Assembly: GCF_013122565.1 (NCBI RefSeq)
Contig: NZ_CP053258.1
DNA from: Escherichia coli
Lineage (GTDB): Bacteria; Pseudomonadota; Gammaproteobacteria; Enterobacterales; Enterobacteriaceae
DNA length: 64,000 bases
Strand: one strand, 5' to 3'
Made by a program: the position numbers and the translations under genes. Shown here piece by piece: positions 53,135 to 64,000 of this stretch (positions are counted from its first letter, which is position 1; each line of letters starts with the position of its first letter). The notes under the pieces are model-generated. The model saw nothing but the letters and a program-made list of their open reading frames with translations. It had not been told where the DNA came from and searched no databases.

Positions 53135-54064
53135 TTAAAGCTCGAGCGCCGCTGCCATCGCTGAAGGTTCGTTCAGCGCCGAGGCGGTCAGGGTGTCGAC
53201 AATGCGTTTCGTCAGGCCAGTAAGCACTTTGCCCGGGCCGACTTCATAGAGATGTTCTACGCCTTGCGCTGCCATGTACTCAACAGACTTCGTCCACTGA
53301 ACCGGGTTATACAACTGACGTACCAGTGCGTCACGGATGGCATCACCATTGGTTTCGCATTTCACATCAACGTTATTCACAACAGGAACTGTTGGTGCGT
53401 TAAAGGTGATTTTCGCTAATTCTACTGCCAGTTTGTCGGCTGCTGGTTTCATCAGCGCACAGTGAGACGGTACGCTCACTGGTAACGGCAGAGCGCGTTT
53501 TGCGCCCGCAGCTTTACAGGCAGCGCCAGCACGCTCAACCGCTTCTTTATGACCGGCAATAACAACCTGTCCCGGAGAGTTAAAGTTTACCGGAGAAACG
53601 ACCTGACCTTCTGCAGCTTCTTCACACGCTTTCGCAATAGACGCATCATCCAGACCGATGATTGCCGCCATAGCGCCCGTGCCTTCCGGTACGGCTTCTT
53701 GCATGAACTTGCCGCGCATCTCAACCAGACGCACCGCATCAGCGAAATCAATCACGCCAGCGCATACCAGCGCGGAGTATTCCCCCAGGCTGTGACCGGC
53801 CATGATTGCCGGTGCTTTACCACCCTGCTGCTGCCATACGCGATACAGCGCAACAGATGCAGTCAACAGCGCTGGCTGGGTTTGCCAGGTTTTATTCAGT
53901 TCTTCAGCTGGCCCCTGCTGGGTCAGCGCCCACAGGTCGTAGCCCAGCGCCGCAGAAGCTTCAGCAAACGTTTCTTCGACAATTGGATAGCTCGCCGCCA
54001 TATCAGCCAGCATTCCAACGGTTTGAGAACCCTGTCCAGGGAACACAAATGCAAATTGCGTCAT
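53135..54064 (-). CDS. fabD: Malonyl-CoA:ACP transacylase
   Basis: 309-aa ORF MTQFAFVFPGQGSQTVGMLADMAASYPIVEETFAEASAALGYDLWALTQQ... Confidence 0.97.
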   Translation of the reverse strand: MTQFAFVFPGQGSQTVGMLADMAASYPIVEETFAEASAALGYDLWALTQQGPAEELNKTWQTQPALLTASVALYRVWQQQGGKAPAIMAGHSLGEYSALVCAGVIDFADAVRLVEMRGKFMQEAVPEGTGAMAAIIGLDDASIAKACEEAAEGQVVSPVNFNSPGQVVIAGHKEAVERAGAACKAAGAKRALPLPVSVPSHCALMKPAADKLAVELAKITFNAPTVPVVNNVDVKCETNGDAIRDALVRQLYNPVQWTKSVEYMAAQGVEHLYEVGPGKVLTGLTKRIVDTLTASALNEPSAMAAALEL

Positions 54065-54079
54065 GTTTTAATCCTTATC

Positions 54080-55033
54080 CTAGAAACGAACCAGCGCGGA
54101 GCCCCAGGTGAATCCACCGCCAAAGGCTTCAAGCAGAACCAACTGCCCTGGCTTAATGCGCCCGTCGCGTACAGCTTCATCCAGCGCGCACGGGACAGAG
54201 GCCGCAGAGGTATTACCGTGGCGATCCAGCGTCACCACGACATTGTCCATCGACATGCCGAGTTTTTTCGCCGTTGCACTGATAATACGCAGGTTAGCCT
54301 GATGCGGAACCAGCCAGTCCAGTTGAGAACGGTCAAGATTATTCGCCGCCAGCGTCTCATCAACGATGTGCGCCAGTTCTGTTACCGCAACCTTGAAGAC
54401 TTCGTTGCCCGCCATCGTCAGATGAATTGAATTCTCTGGATTCACACGGTCAGCATTAGGCAGCGTCAGCAACTCACCATAGCTACCGTCGGCATGCAGA
54501 TGGGTGGAGATGATTCCCGGCTCTTCAGAGGCAGCCAGCACCGCAGCGCCCGCGCCATCGCCAAAAATAATAATAGTCCCACGATCGGTTGGATCGCAGG
54601 TGCGCGCCAGTACATCGGAACCGACGACCAGAGCATACTTCACCGCCCCAGATTTCACGTATTGATCGGCTACGCTTAATGCATAGGTGAAACCTGCGCA
54701 GGCTGCTGCAACGTCAAATGCCGGGCAACCTTTAATGCCCAGCATGCTTTGAATCTGACAAGCTGCGCTCGGGAAAGCGTGCGTAGCAGAAGTCGTTGCC
54801 ACAACGATCAGGCCAATCTGGTCTTTCTCAATGCCCGCCATCTCAATTGCACGTGTCGCCGCTTCAAAGCCCATGGTTGAAACGGTTTCGTTTGGCGCGG
54901 CAATGTGGCGTTCGCGGATACCGGTACGAGTGACAATCCACTCGTCAGAGGTGTCCACCATTTTTTCCAAATCGGCGTTTGTCCGCACTTGTTCGGGCAG
55001 ATAGCTGCCAGTACCAATAATCTTCGTATACAT
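54080..55033 (-). CDS. fabH: 3-oxoacyl-ACP synthase III (KAS III)
   Basis: 317-aa [53 protein letters not shown]... Confidence 0.97.
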
Positions 55034-55100
55034 GTACGCTCAGTCACTTTTCGGTTATATACCGTCACTTGCAAACTGCGGGTTCGCTGGCAGCGTCCTG

Positions 55101-56171
55101 CTACCGCAGAGTTCCGCTTTTGCCACCGTCCAGCAGCTCAAAACCAGCTGGGTATACAGATTCCAGGCGAGCGGCAATTCGCTGAGGAACTTGTCGCTGC
55201 ACCGCCTGCACTGCCTGTTCAATCGCGACCGCAAAAGCTCGCTGATTGGCTGCACCATGACTTTTTATCACCGTGCCGCGCAATCCTAACAGACAGGCGC
55301 CGTTATACTGGTCGGGGTTGAGGTGACTGAATCGCCTCGTCAGACTCTTTTGTAGCCAACGCTTTAATAACAGTAGCCACCACGACCGTTTTTTCCCTTC
55401 ACCCTGAGATTTCAGCAGAGAAAGGAACATCCTGACAACACCTTCCATCGTCTTTAATGTGACATTTCCTGTAAAGCCGTCACAAACCAGCACATCTGTC
55501 TTGCCAGTTAACAACTCATTGGCTTCAAGGTAGCCGATATAATTGATAGAAGGGATTGTTTTAAGCACCGCTGAGGCATCCCGAATACTGTCGAGACCCT
55601 TTACTTCTTCTTCACCAATATTGAGCAACGCCACGCGAGGATTGGGAATTTCCACCACCTCTTCAGCCAGGACTGAGCCCATAATGGCAAATTGCACCAA
55701 CATTGTACTGTCACAATCGACGTTGGCCCCTAAGTCAAGGACCACCGTTTTGCCCTTTTGCTGATGTGGTAATACCGTCACCAGCGCCGGACGCTCAATC
55801 CCCTCCAGGGGCTTGAGTAATAATTTTGCCAGCCCCATCAGTGCCCCGGTATTACCGGCACTGACACAGGCTTGCGCTCGACCTTCTTTCACCAGCTCCA
55901 GGGCCACGCGCATTGAACTCCCACGACTGGCGCGGATAGCTTGCGAAGGCCGGGCATCACTGGCGATAACTGACTGCGCAGGAATAATCTGCAGACGCGA
56001 ACGTTGTTCAAAGTCAGCTTTAGCAAGTAATGGCGTGATGGCGTCGGGATTGCCGACTAAAAGAAGAGTGAGTTGCGAATTAGAATTCAGTGCCTGCAAT
56101 GCTGCAGGCACTGTCACGGAAGGGCCAAAATCCCCTCCCATGACATCTAACGCCAGGGTTAGACGTGTCAA
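55101..56171 (-). CDS. plsX: Phosphate acyltransferase PlsX
   Basis: 356-aa [53 protein letters not shown]... Confidence 0.95.
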
Positions 56172-56251
56172 GGTATCGTCGCCGCCCGGTTTGGTCTTTC
56201 CCCAGTTGCCTGGGGAAAATCCTCACTAAGCTTCATCACGCAGACGCGTGA

Positions 56252-56437
<186 letters not shown>

Positions 56438-56476
56438 TCAATTACGGTTTATCCCCGATCCAACGGGGAGCACCAA

Positions 56477-57010
<534 letters not shown>

Positions 57011-57035
57011 TTAACTTTGTAACGTCATAGAGTCA

Positions 57036-57204
57036 AAGAAAAAGGCAGCCTGTGGTTGCCTTTTGCCAATAATTCGCACACATTGCGGGTTACTGCTTTA
57101 TTTTCGTTCAGTGCTGATAACGAACATCAACCTGCAAAACGAAGCGCATAGTTTAAAATGGCTATCATCAATACGCTATATCTGATGGAAAAAAATATGC
57201 CTAA
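57036..57204 (-). ncRNA. sraB: Candidate small RNA SraB in the yceF-yceD intergenic region; coordinates approximate
   Basis: From memory, K-12 encodes SraB between yceF and yceD on the yceD strand; terminator-like hairpin aaggcagcc-tgt-ggttgcctt at about 57042-57062 with flanking U-run fits its 3' end; 5' end not resolved. Confidence 0.3.
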
Positions 57205-57781
57205 ACTTATTTTAGCCTCCACTTCGCCCTGGCGTCGCGCTCTTCTGGAAAAACTGCAAATCTCTTTTGAATGTGCAGCACCAGAGGTCGACGAAACCCC
57301 ACGCAGCGACGAATCACCGCGACAGTTGGTGCTTCGACTGGCACAAGAAAAAGCGCAATCTCTGGCGTCACGTTATCCGGATCATTTAATTATTGGTTCA
57401 GACCAGGTATGTGTTCTTGATGGCGAAATCACCGGTAAACCGTTAACGGAAGAAAATGCCCGTCTGCAATTACGCAAAGCCAGCGGCAATATCGTCACCT
57501 TCTATACTGGACTGGCGTTGTTTAATTCGGCGAATGGGCATCTGCAAACAGAAGTGGAGCCTTTTGACGTCCATTTCCGTCACCTGAGCGAGGCGGAGAT
57601 TGATAATTACGTGCGTAAGGAGCATCCCCTGCACTGCGCGGGTAGCTTTAAGAGTGAAGGATTTGGCATTACGCTGTTTGAGCGTTTAGAGGGGCGTGAC
57701 CCTAACACGCTGGTTGGTTTACCGCTAATCGCGCTGTGTCAGATGTTACGTCGGGAAGGGAAAAACCCGCTGATGGGATAG
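57197..57781 (+). CDS. yceF: Maf-like nucleotide pyrophosphatase YceF
   Basis: ORF track 57158-57781; conserved start [33 protein letters not shown] at 57197 (194 aa). Confidence 0.9.
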
Positions 57782-57787
57782 TTTTTT

Positions 57788-57866
57788 GCGCCGGATGCGG
57801 TTACTTCACATCCGGCAATCGGTGCTGGCGGCCTGATGCGGCGTAAACGCCTTATCAGGCCAACCG
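57788..57866. repeat. REP/BIME elements between convergent yceF and rluC
   Basis: gcgccggatgcggttacttcacatccggc and ggcggcctgatgcggcgtaaacgccttatcaggcc. Confidence 0.55.
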
Positions 57867-57892
57867 CCCATTATCAGGTTTATATGCTTGTA

Positions 57893-58852
57893 TTAGCGCG
57901 CGTTACGCAGCTTTTGCAAACAACGCTTCAAACCTTCATCCATCGGCGCTTCGATACGCATCACCTCACCGGTCCCCGGATGAGTAAACTTCAACGCTGC
58001 AGCGTGCAGGAACAGGCGATTTAATCCCGTGCCTGCTTCAGTGAGCTGTCTGTCAAATTCACGGTCACCGTAGCGATCGTCAAAGGCAATCGGATGACCC
58101 GCATATTGTGTATGCACACGGATCTGATGAGTACGCCCTGTTACCGGGCTACAACGCACCAGGGTGGCAAATGCATAGCGTTCTTCCACTTTAAAGCGTG
58201 TTTCCGACGGTTTGCCTTCCTGACTGACACGCACGATACGTTCGCCGCTTTGCAGAATATTTTTCAATAACGGCGCTTGAACGCTCTTCACATGCGACTG
58301 CCACTGACCGCGCACCAGCGCCAGGTAATCTTTTTGCATCCCTTTTTCACGTAATTGCTCATGCAGAGAACGCAACGCCGAGCGTTTTTTCGCTACCAGC
58401 AACACACCTGAAGTGTCCCGGTCGAGACGATGAACCAGTTCAAGGAACCGCGCTTCCGGGCGCAACGCCCGCAAACCTTCGATAACGCCGAAGCTTAAAC
58501 CACTGCCGCCATGTACCGCCGTACCGGAAGGTTTATTCAGCACCAGGATATGGTCATCTTCATATAAGATGACGTCCGCCAGCGCCGCCACCTTTTGCAG
58601 ATGTGGCGAAACCGCCTCTTCTTCCCGCTCAGCAACGCGAACCGGTGGGATACGCACCTCATCACCCGCTTCGAGTTTATATTCAGGCTTAATACGTTTT
58701 TTGTTCACCCGCACTTCGCCTTTACGCAAAATACGGTAAATCATACTTTTTGGTACGCCTTTCAATTGGGTACGCAAAAAGTTATCGATACGTTGCCCCG
58801 CTTCGTCAGCGGTGATAGCAACAATTTTTACGGATGGAGTCTCTGTTTTCAT
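57893..58852 (-). CDS. rluC: 23S rRNA pseudouridine(955/2504/2580) synthase RluC
   Basis: 319-aa ORF MKTETPSVKIVAITADEAGQRIDNFLRTQLKGVPKSMIYRILRKGEVRVN... Confidence 0.95.
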   Translation of the reverse strand: MKTETPSVKIVAITADEAGQRIDNFLRTQLKGVPKSMIYRILRKGEVRVNKKRIKPEYKLEAGDEVRIPPVRVAEREEEAVSPHLQKVAALADVILYEDDHILVLNKPSGTAVHGGSGLSFGVIEGLRALRPEARFLELVHRLDRDTSGVLLVAKKRSALRSLHEQLREKGMQKDYLALVRGQWQSHVKSVQAPLLKNILQSGERIVRVSQEGKPSETRFKVEERYAFATLVRCSPVTGRTHQIRVHTQYAGHPIAFDDRYGDREFDRQLTEAGTGLNRLFLHAAALKFTHPGTGEVMRIEAPMDEGLKRCLQKLRNAR

Positions 58853-59063
58853 GGTGGGCGATTCTAATTAGCCAACAGGATTCGCGCCACTCATTTTTCT
58901 ATGCTTATATTTAGTTTTGCACCTTATTACTTCACTACGTGATCACTTTATTGATGGTTATTAAACCAATCACCAGCAAGAAGTGAAAAAACTGTGAGTA
59001 AGCGGGTGATAAATGGTAAAAGTCATCTTGCTATAACAAGGCTTGCAGTGGAATAATGAGGCC

Positions 59064-59424
59064 GTTTCCGTGTCCATCCTTGTTAAAACAAGAAATTTTA
59101 CGGAATAACCCATTTTGCCCGACCGATCATCCACGCAGCAATGGCGTAAGACGTATTGATCTTTCAGGCAGTTAGCGGGCTGCGGGTTGCAGTCCTTACC
59201 GGTAGATGGAAATATTTCTGGAGAGTAATACCCAGTCTGTTTCTTTGATAATTGCGCTGTTTTTCCGCATGAAAAACGGGCAACCGACACTCTGCGCCTC
59301 TTTGAGCTGACGATAACCGTGAGGTTGGCGACGCGACTAGACACGAGGCCATCGGTTCACACCCGGAAAGGCGTTACTTTGCCCGCAGCTTAGTCGTCAA
59401 TGTAAGAATAATGAGTAAGTTACG
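59064..59424 (+). promoter_or_regulatory. rne long 5' UTR (autoregulatory leader); boundaries approximate
   Basis: rne in E. coli is known to have a ~360-nt structured leader; 570-bp non-coding region between the divergent rluC and rne starts. Confidence 0.45.
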
Positions 59425-62400
59425 ATGAAAAGAATGTTAATCAACGCAACTCAGCAGGAAGAGTTGCGCGTTGCCCTTGTAGATGGGCAGCGTCTGTATG
59501 ACCTGGATATCGAAAGTCCAGGGCACGAGCAGAAAAAGGCAAACATCTACAAAGGTAAAATCACCCGCATTGAACCGAGTCTGGAAGCTGCTTTTGTTGA
59601 TTACGGCGCTGAACGTCACGGTTTCCTCCCACTAAAAGAAATTGCCCGCGAATATTTCCCTGCTAACTACAGTGCTCATGGTCGTCCCAACATTAAAGAT
59701 GTGTTGCGTGAAGGTCAGGAAGTCATTGTTCAGATCGATAAAGAAGAGCGCGGCAACAAAGGCGCGGCATTAACCACCTTTATCAGTCTGGCGGGTAGCT
59801 ATCTGGTTCTGATGCCGAACAACCCGCGCGCGGGTGGCATTTCTCGCCGTATCGAAGGCGACGACCGTACCGAATTAAAAGAAGCACTGGCAAGCCTTGA
59901 ACTGCCGGAAGGCATGGGGCTTATCGTGCGCACCGCTGGCGTCGGCAAATCTGCTGAGGCGCTGCAATGGGATTTAAGCTTCCGTCTGAAACACTGGGAA
60001 GCCATCAAAAAAGCCGCTGAAAGCCGCCCGGCTCCGTTCCTGATTCATCAGGAGAGCAACGTAATCGTTCGCGCATTCCGCGATTACTTACGTCAGGACA
60101 TCGGCGAAATCCTTATCGATAACCCGAAAGTGCTCGAACTGGCACGTCAGCATATCGCTGCATTAGGTCGCCCGGATTTCAGCAGCAAAATCAAACTGTA
60201 CACCGGTGAGATCCCGCTGTTCAGCCACTACCAGATCGAATCGCAGATCGAGTCCGCCTTCCAGCGTGAAGTCCGTCTGCCATCCGGTGGTTCCATTGTT
60301 ATCGACAGCACCGAAGCGTTAACCGCCATCGACATCAACTCCGCACGCGCGACCCGCGGCGGCGATATCGAAGAAACTGCGTTTAACACCAACCTCGAAG
60401 CCGCCGATGAGATTGCTCGTCAGCTGCGCCTGCGTGACCTCGGCGGCCTGATTGTTATCGACTTCATCGACATGACGCCTGTACGCCACCAGCGTGCGGT
60501 AGAAAACCGTCTGCGTGAAGCGGTGCGTCAGGACCGTGCGCGTATTCAAATCAGCCATATTTCTCGCTTTGGCCTGCTGGAAATGTCCCGTCAGCGCCTG
60601 AGCCCATCACTGGGTGAATCCAGCCATCACGTCTGCCCGCGCTGCTCCGGTACCGGTACCGTGCGTGACAACGAATCGCTGTCGCTCTCTATTCTGCGTC
60701 TGATCGAAGAAGAAGCGCTGAAAGAGAACACTCAGGAAGTTCACGCCATTGTTCCTGTGCCAATCGCTTCTTACCTGCTTAATGAAAAACGTTCTGCGGT
60801 GAATGCGATTGAAACTCGTCAGGACGGCGTGCGCTGCGTGATTGTGCCAAACGATCAGATGGAAACCCCGCACTATCATGTGCTGCGCGTGCGTAAAGGG
60901 GAAGAAACGCCGACCTTAAGCTACATGCTGCCGAAACTGCATGAAGAAGCGATGGCGCTGCCGTCTGAAGAAGAGTTCGCTGAACGTAAGCGTCCTGAAC
61001 AACCTGCACTGGCAACCTTTGCCATGCCGGATGTGCCGCCAGCGCCAACCCCAGCTGAACCTGCCGCGCCTGTCGTAGCCCCAACACCTAAAGCTGCACC
61101 GGCAACACCAGCCGCTCCTGCACAACCTGGGCTGTTGAGCCGCTTCTTCAGCGCACTGAAAGCGATGTTCAGCGGTGGTGAAGAAACCAAACCGACCGAG
61201 CAAACAGCACCGAAAGCAGAAGCGAAACCGGAACGTCAACAGGATCGTCGCAAGCCTCGTCAGAACAACCGCCGTGACCGTAATGAGCGCCGCGACACCC
61301 GTAGTGAACGTACTGAAGGCAGCGATAATCGCGAAGAAAACCGTCGTAATCGTCGCCAGGCACAGCAGCAGACTGCCGAGACGCGTGAGAGCCGTCAGCA
61401 GGCTGAGGTAACGGAAAAAGCACGTACCACCGACGAGCAGCAAGCGCCGCGTCGTGAACGTAGCCGCCGCCGTAACGATGATAAACGTCAGGCGCAACAA
61501 GAAGCGAAGGCGCTGAATGTCGAAGAGCAATCTGTTCAGGAAACCGAACAGGAAGAACGTGTACGTCCGGTTCAGCCGCGTCGTAAGCAGCGTCAGCTCA
61601 ATCAGAAAGTGCGTTACGAGCAAAGCGTAGCCGAAGAAGCGGTAGTCGCACCGGTAGTTGAAGAAACTGTCGCTGCCGAACCAATTGTTCAGGAAGCGCC
61701 AGCTCCACGCACAGAACTGGTGAAAGTCCCGCTGCCAGTCGTAGCGCAAACTGCACCAGAACAGCAAGAAGAGAACAATGCTGATAACCGTGACAACGGT
61801 GGCATGCCGCGTCGTTCTCGCCGCTCGCCTCGTCACCTGCGCGTGAGTGGTCAGCGTCGTCGTCGCTATCGTGACGAGCGTTATCCAACCCAATCACCAA
61901 TGCCGTTGACCGTAGCGTGCGCGTCTCCGGAACTGGCCTCTGGCAAAGTCTGGATCCGCTATCCGATTGTACGTCCACAAGATGTACAGGTTGAAGAGCA
62001 GCGCGAACAGGAAGAAGTGCAAGTGCAGCCGATGGTGACTGAGGTCCCTGTCGCCGCCGCTGTCGAACCGGTTGTTAGCGCGCCAGTTGTTGAAGAAGTG
62101 GCTGAAGTCGTAGAAGCCCCCGTTCAGATTGCCGAACCGCAACCGGAAGTGGTTGAAACGACGCATCCTGAAGTAATTGCCGCCGCGGTAACTGAACAGC
62201 CGCAGGTAATTACCGAGTCTGATGTTGCCGTAGCCCAGGAAGTTGCAGAACACGCAGAACCGGTGGTTGAACCGCAGGAAGAGACGGCAGATATTGAAGA
62301 AGTTGCCGAAACTGCTGAGGTTGTGGTTGCTGAACCTGAAGTTGTTGCTCAACCTGCCGCGCCAGTCGTCGCTGAAGTCGCAGCAGAAGTTAAAACGGTA

Positions 62401-62610
62401 GCCGCGGTTGAACCTGAGATCACCGTTGAGCATAACCACGCTACCGCGCCAATGACGCGCGCTCCGGCACCGGAATATGTTCCGGAGGCACCGCGTCACA
62501 GTGACTGGCAGCGCCCTACTTTTGCCTTCGAAGGTAAAGGTGCCGCAGGTGGTCATACGGCAACGCATCATGCCTCTGCCGCTCCTGCGCGTCCGCAACC
62601 TGTTGAGTAA
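59425..62610 (+). CDS. rne: Ribonuclease E
   Basis: 1061-aa [81 protein letters not shown]...; Arg-rich and Pro/Glu/Val-rich C-terminal scaffold. Confidence 0.98.
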   Translation: MKRMLINATQQEELRVALVDGQRLYDLDIESPGHEQKKANIYKGKITRIEPSLEAAFVDYGAERHGFLPLKEIAREYFPANYSAHGRPNIKDVLREGQEVIVQIDKEERGNKGAALTTFISLAGSYLVLMPNNPRAGGISRRIEGDDRTELKEALASLELPEGMGLIVRTAGVGKSAEALQWDLSFRLKHWEAIKKAAESRPAPFLIHQESNVIVRAFRDYLRQDIGEILIDNPKVLELARQHIAALGRPDFSSKIKLYTGEIPLFSHYQIESQIESAFQREVRLPSGGSIVIDSTEALTAIDINSARATRGGDIEETAFNTNLEAADEIARQLRLRDLGGLIVIDFIDMTPVRHQRAVENRLREAVRQDRARIQISHISRFGLLEMSRQRLSPSLGESSHHVCPRCSGTGTVRDNESLSLSILRLIEEEALKENTQEVHAIVPVPIASYLLNEKRSAVNAIETRQDGVRCVIVPNDQMETPHYHVLRVRKGEETPTLSYMLPKLHEEAMALPSEEEFAERKRPEQPALATFAMPDVPPAPTPAEPAAPVVAPTPKAAPATPAAPAQPGLLSRFFSALKAMFSGGEETKPTEQTAPKAEAKPERQQDRRKPRQNNRRDRNERRDTRSERTEGSDNREENRRNRRQAQQQTAETRESRQQAEVTEKARTTDEQQAPRRERSRRRNDDKRQAQQEAKALNVEEQSVQETEQEERVRPVQPRRKQRQLNQKVRYEQSVAEEAVVAPVVEETVAAEPIVQEAPAPRTELVKVPLPVVAQTAPEQQEENNADNRDNGGMPRRSRRSPRHLRVSGQRRRRYRDERYPTQSPMPLTVACASPELASGKVWIRYPIVRPQDVQVEEQREQEEVQVQPMVTEVPVAAAVEPVVSAPVVEEVAEVVEAPVQIAEPQPEVVETTHPEVIAAAVTEQPQVITESDVAVAQEVAEHAEPVVEPQEETADIEEVAETAEVVVAEPEVVAQPAAPVVAEVAAEVKTVAAVEPEITVEHNHATAPMTRAPAPEYVPEAPRHSDWQRPTFAFEGKGAAGGHTATHHASAAPARPQPVE

Positions 62611-62630
62611 TAATTAGCTCAAGTAATCAA

Positions 62631-62658
62631 GCCCTGGTAACTGCCAGGGCTTTTTTAT
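62631..62658 (+). terminator. rne rho-independent terminator
   Basis: gccctggtaactgccagggc hairpin followed by TTTTTTATTT, 20 nt after the rne stop. Confidence 0.8.
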
Positions 62659-62743
62659 TTCAGGGGTAGCATCTTTGCTGTAATGACATTAGCGTTACAT
62701 GTACTGTATAATTATCATCCATGCAAAGCCGAAGGATATATTT

Positions 62744-63528
<785 letters not shown>

Positions 63529-63622
63529 TTCGTTATGTCTCATGCAAAAAAATGCCCGCCCCGGCGATCCCAGAGCAGGCAGACAAAACATACCCAGTTT
63601 CATGATATGTTTTAAAGCGAGC

Positions 63623-64000
63623 TTATTTGTTGAGCTGGAAGAGCGACAATCCCTGCATATCGGTAAATGCTTTATACGATGCCTGCAATGCCGTTTGCTG
63701 CATGATGTAAGATGAAATAGTTGCATTCCAGTCCACATCAACCAGATCGCTCATCTGCTGCGTTTGCCCTAAAGCGCGATCGCTACCTAATGAATCCAGC
63801 GACTCCAGTTCGTTCAGCTGCGTGCCTAATTCCGCGCGAACGGTCAGCACATTGTTCAGCGAGTTTTTCAGTCCGCGGTTGGTTTTATCTAACGCCGCAG
63901 AGGCGGTTTCTTTATCCGCTTCGCTATCCGCGACCGGCGTTTTCAGGACTGCGATGGCGCTATCCAGCATGGCAAAAAGATTGGTTTCAGAAGCGCTACC
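63623..64000 (-). CDS. flgL: Flagellar hook-associated protein 3 FlgL, C-terminal part only; 5' end beyond the window
   Basis: Minus-strand ORF ending ...NATISSYIMQQTALQASYKAFTDMQGLSLFQLNK, continuing past 64000. Confidence 0.85.
   Translation of the reverse strand, partial: GSASETNLFAMLDSAIAVLKTPVADSEADKETASAALDKTNRGLKNSLNNVLTVRAELGTQLNELESLDSLGSDRALGQTQQMSDLVDVDWNATISSYIMQQTALQASYKAFTDMQGLSLFQLNK

Noticed and set aside
53549-54430. 293-aa plus-strand ORF
   Set aside because: Antisense to fabD and fabH, both clearly genuine.
57788-57816. Hairpin gccggatg...catccggc after yceF considered as a rho-independent terminator
   Set aside because: No U-run on either strand; sequence matches REP-element consensus, so called as REP/BIME instead.
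58970-59344. 124-aa minus-strand ORF in the rluC-rne intergenic region (ends ...[38 protein letters not shown])
   Set aside because: Overlaps the rne promoter and 5' leader; corresponds to the dubious yceQ annotation; no convincing protein features.
60916-62598. Two long minus-strand ORFs (325 aa and 234 aa) rich in Arg/Phe/Cys
   Set aside because: Antisense to the low-complexity C-terminal half of rne; a compositional artifact of the Arg/Pro/Glu-rich RNase E scaffold region.

Overview
This window reads as Escherichia coli chromosome, collinear with the K-12 flgL–rne–fab–ptsG–ndh–mfd–lol–pot–phoPQ–purB–icd–bluRF/ymg region in reverse orientation; all calls are from reading the sequence and ORF translations, with no database search run. 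About 70 core genes are recognisable with high confidence: rne, rluC, the plsX-fabHDG-acpP-fabF cluster, ptsG, fhuE, ndh, mfd, lolCDE, potABCD, phoPQ, purB, mnmA and icd. Several short N-terminal extensions in the ORF track were trimmed to the conserved starts. The window is mostly ordinary core genome, but five places differ from what I recall of K-12. (1) The strongest candidate for something new is a ~1.5 kb islet inside the 5' end of rluE, bounded by an 11-bp direct repeat, carrying a signal-peptide mini-ORF and two overlapping uncharacterised ORFs (149 and 111 aa). (2) A GNAT-toxin/RHH-antitoxin pair sits between rne and flgL. (3) icd is intact with no e14 prophage, and a near-copy of its terminator hairpin lies 1.3 kb away, flanking iraM and an extra AriR-like gene. 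(4) ycfZ-ymfA appear absent between potD and cobB. (5) Several unexplained structural elements occur in the ymg/blu region, including a 24-bp perfect palindrome and a TTGTACAA inverted repeat upstream of bluR. No CRISPR array, rRNA or tRNA gene, integrase or transposase was seen.
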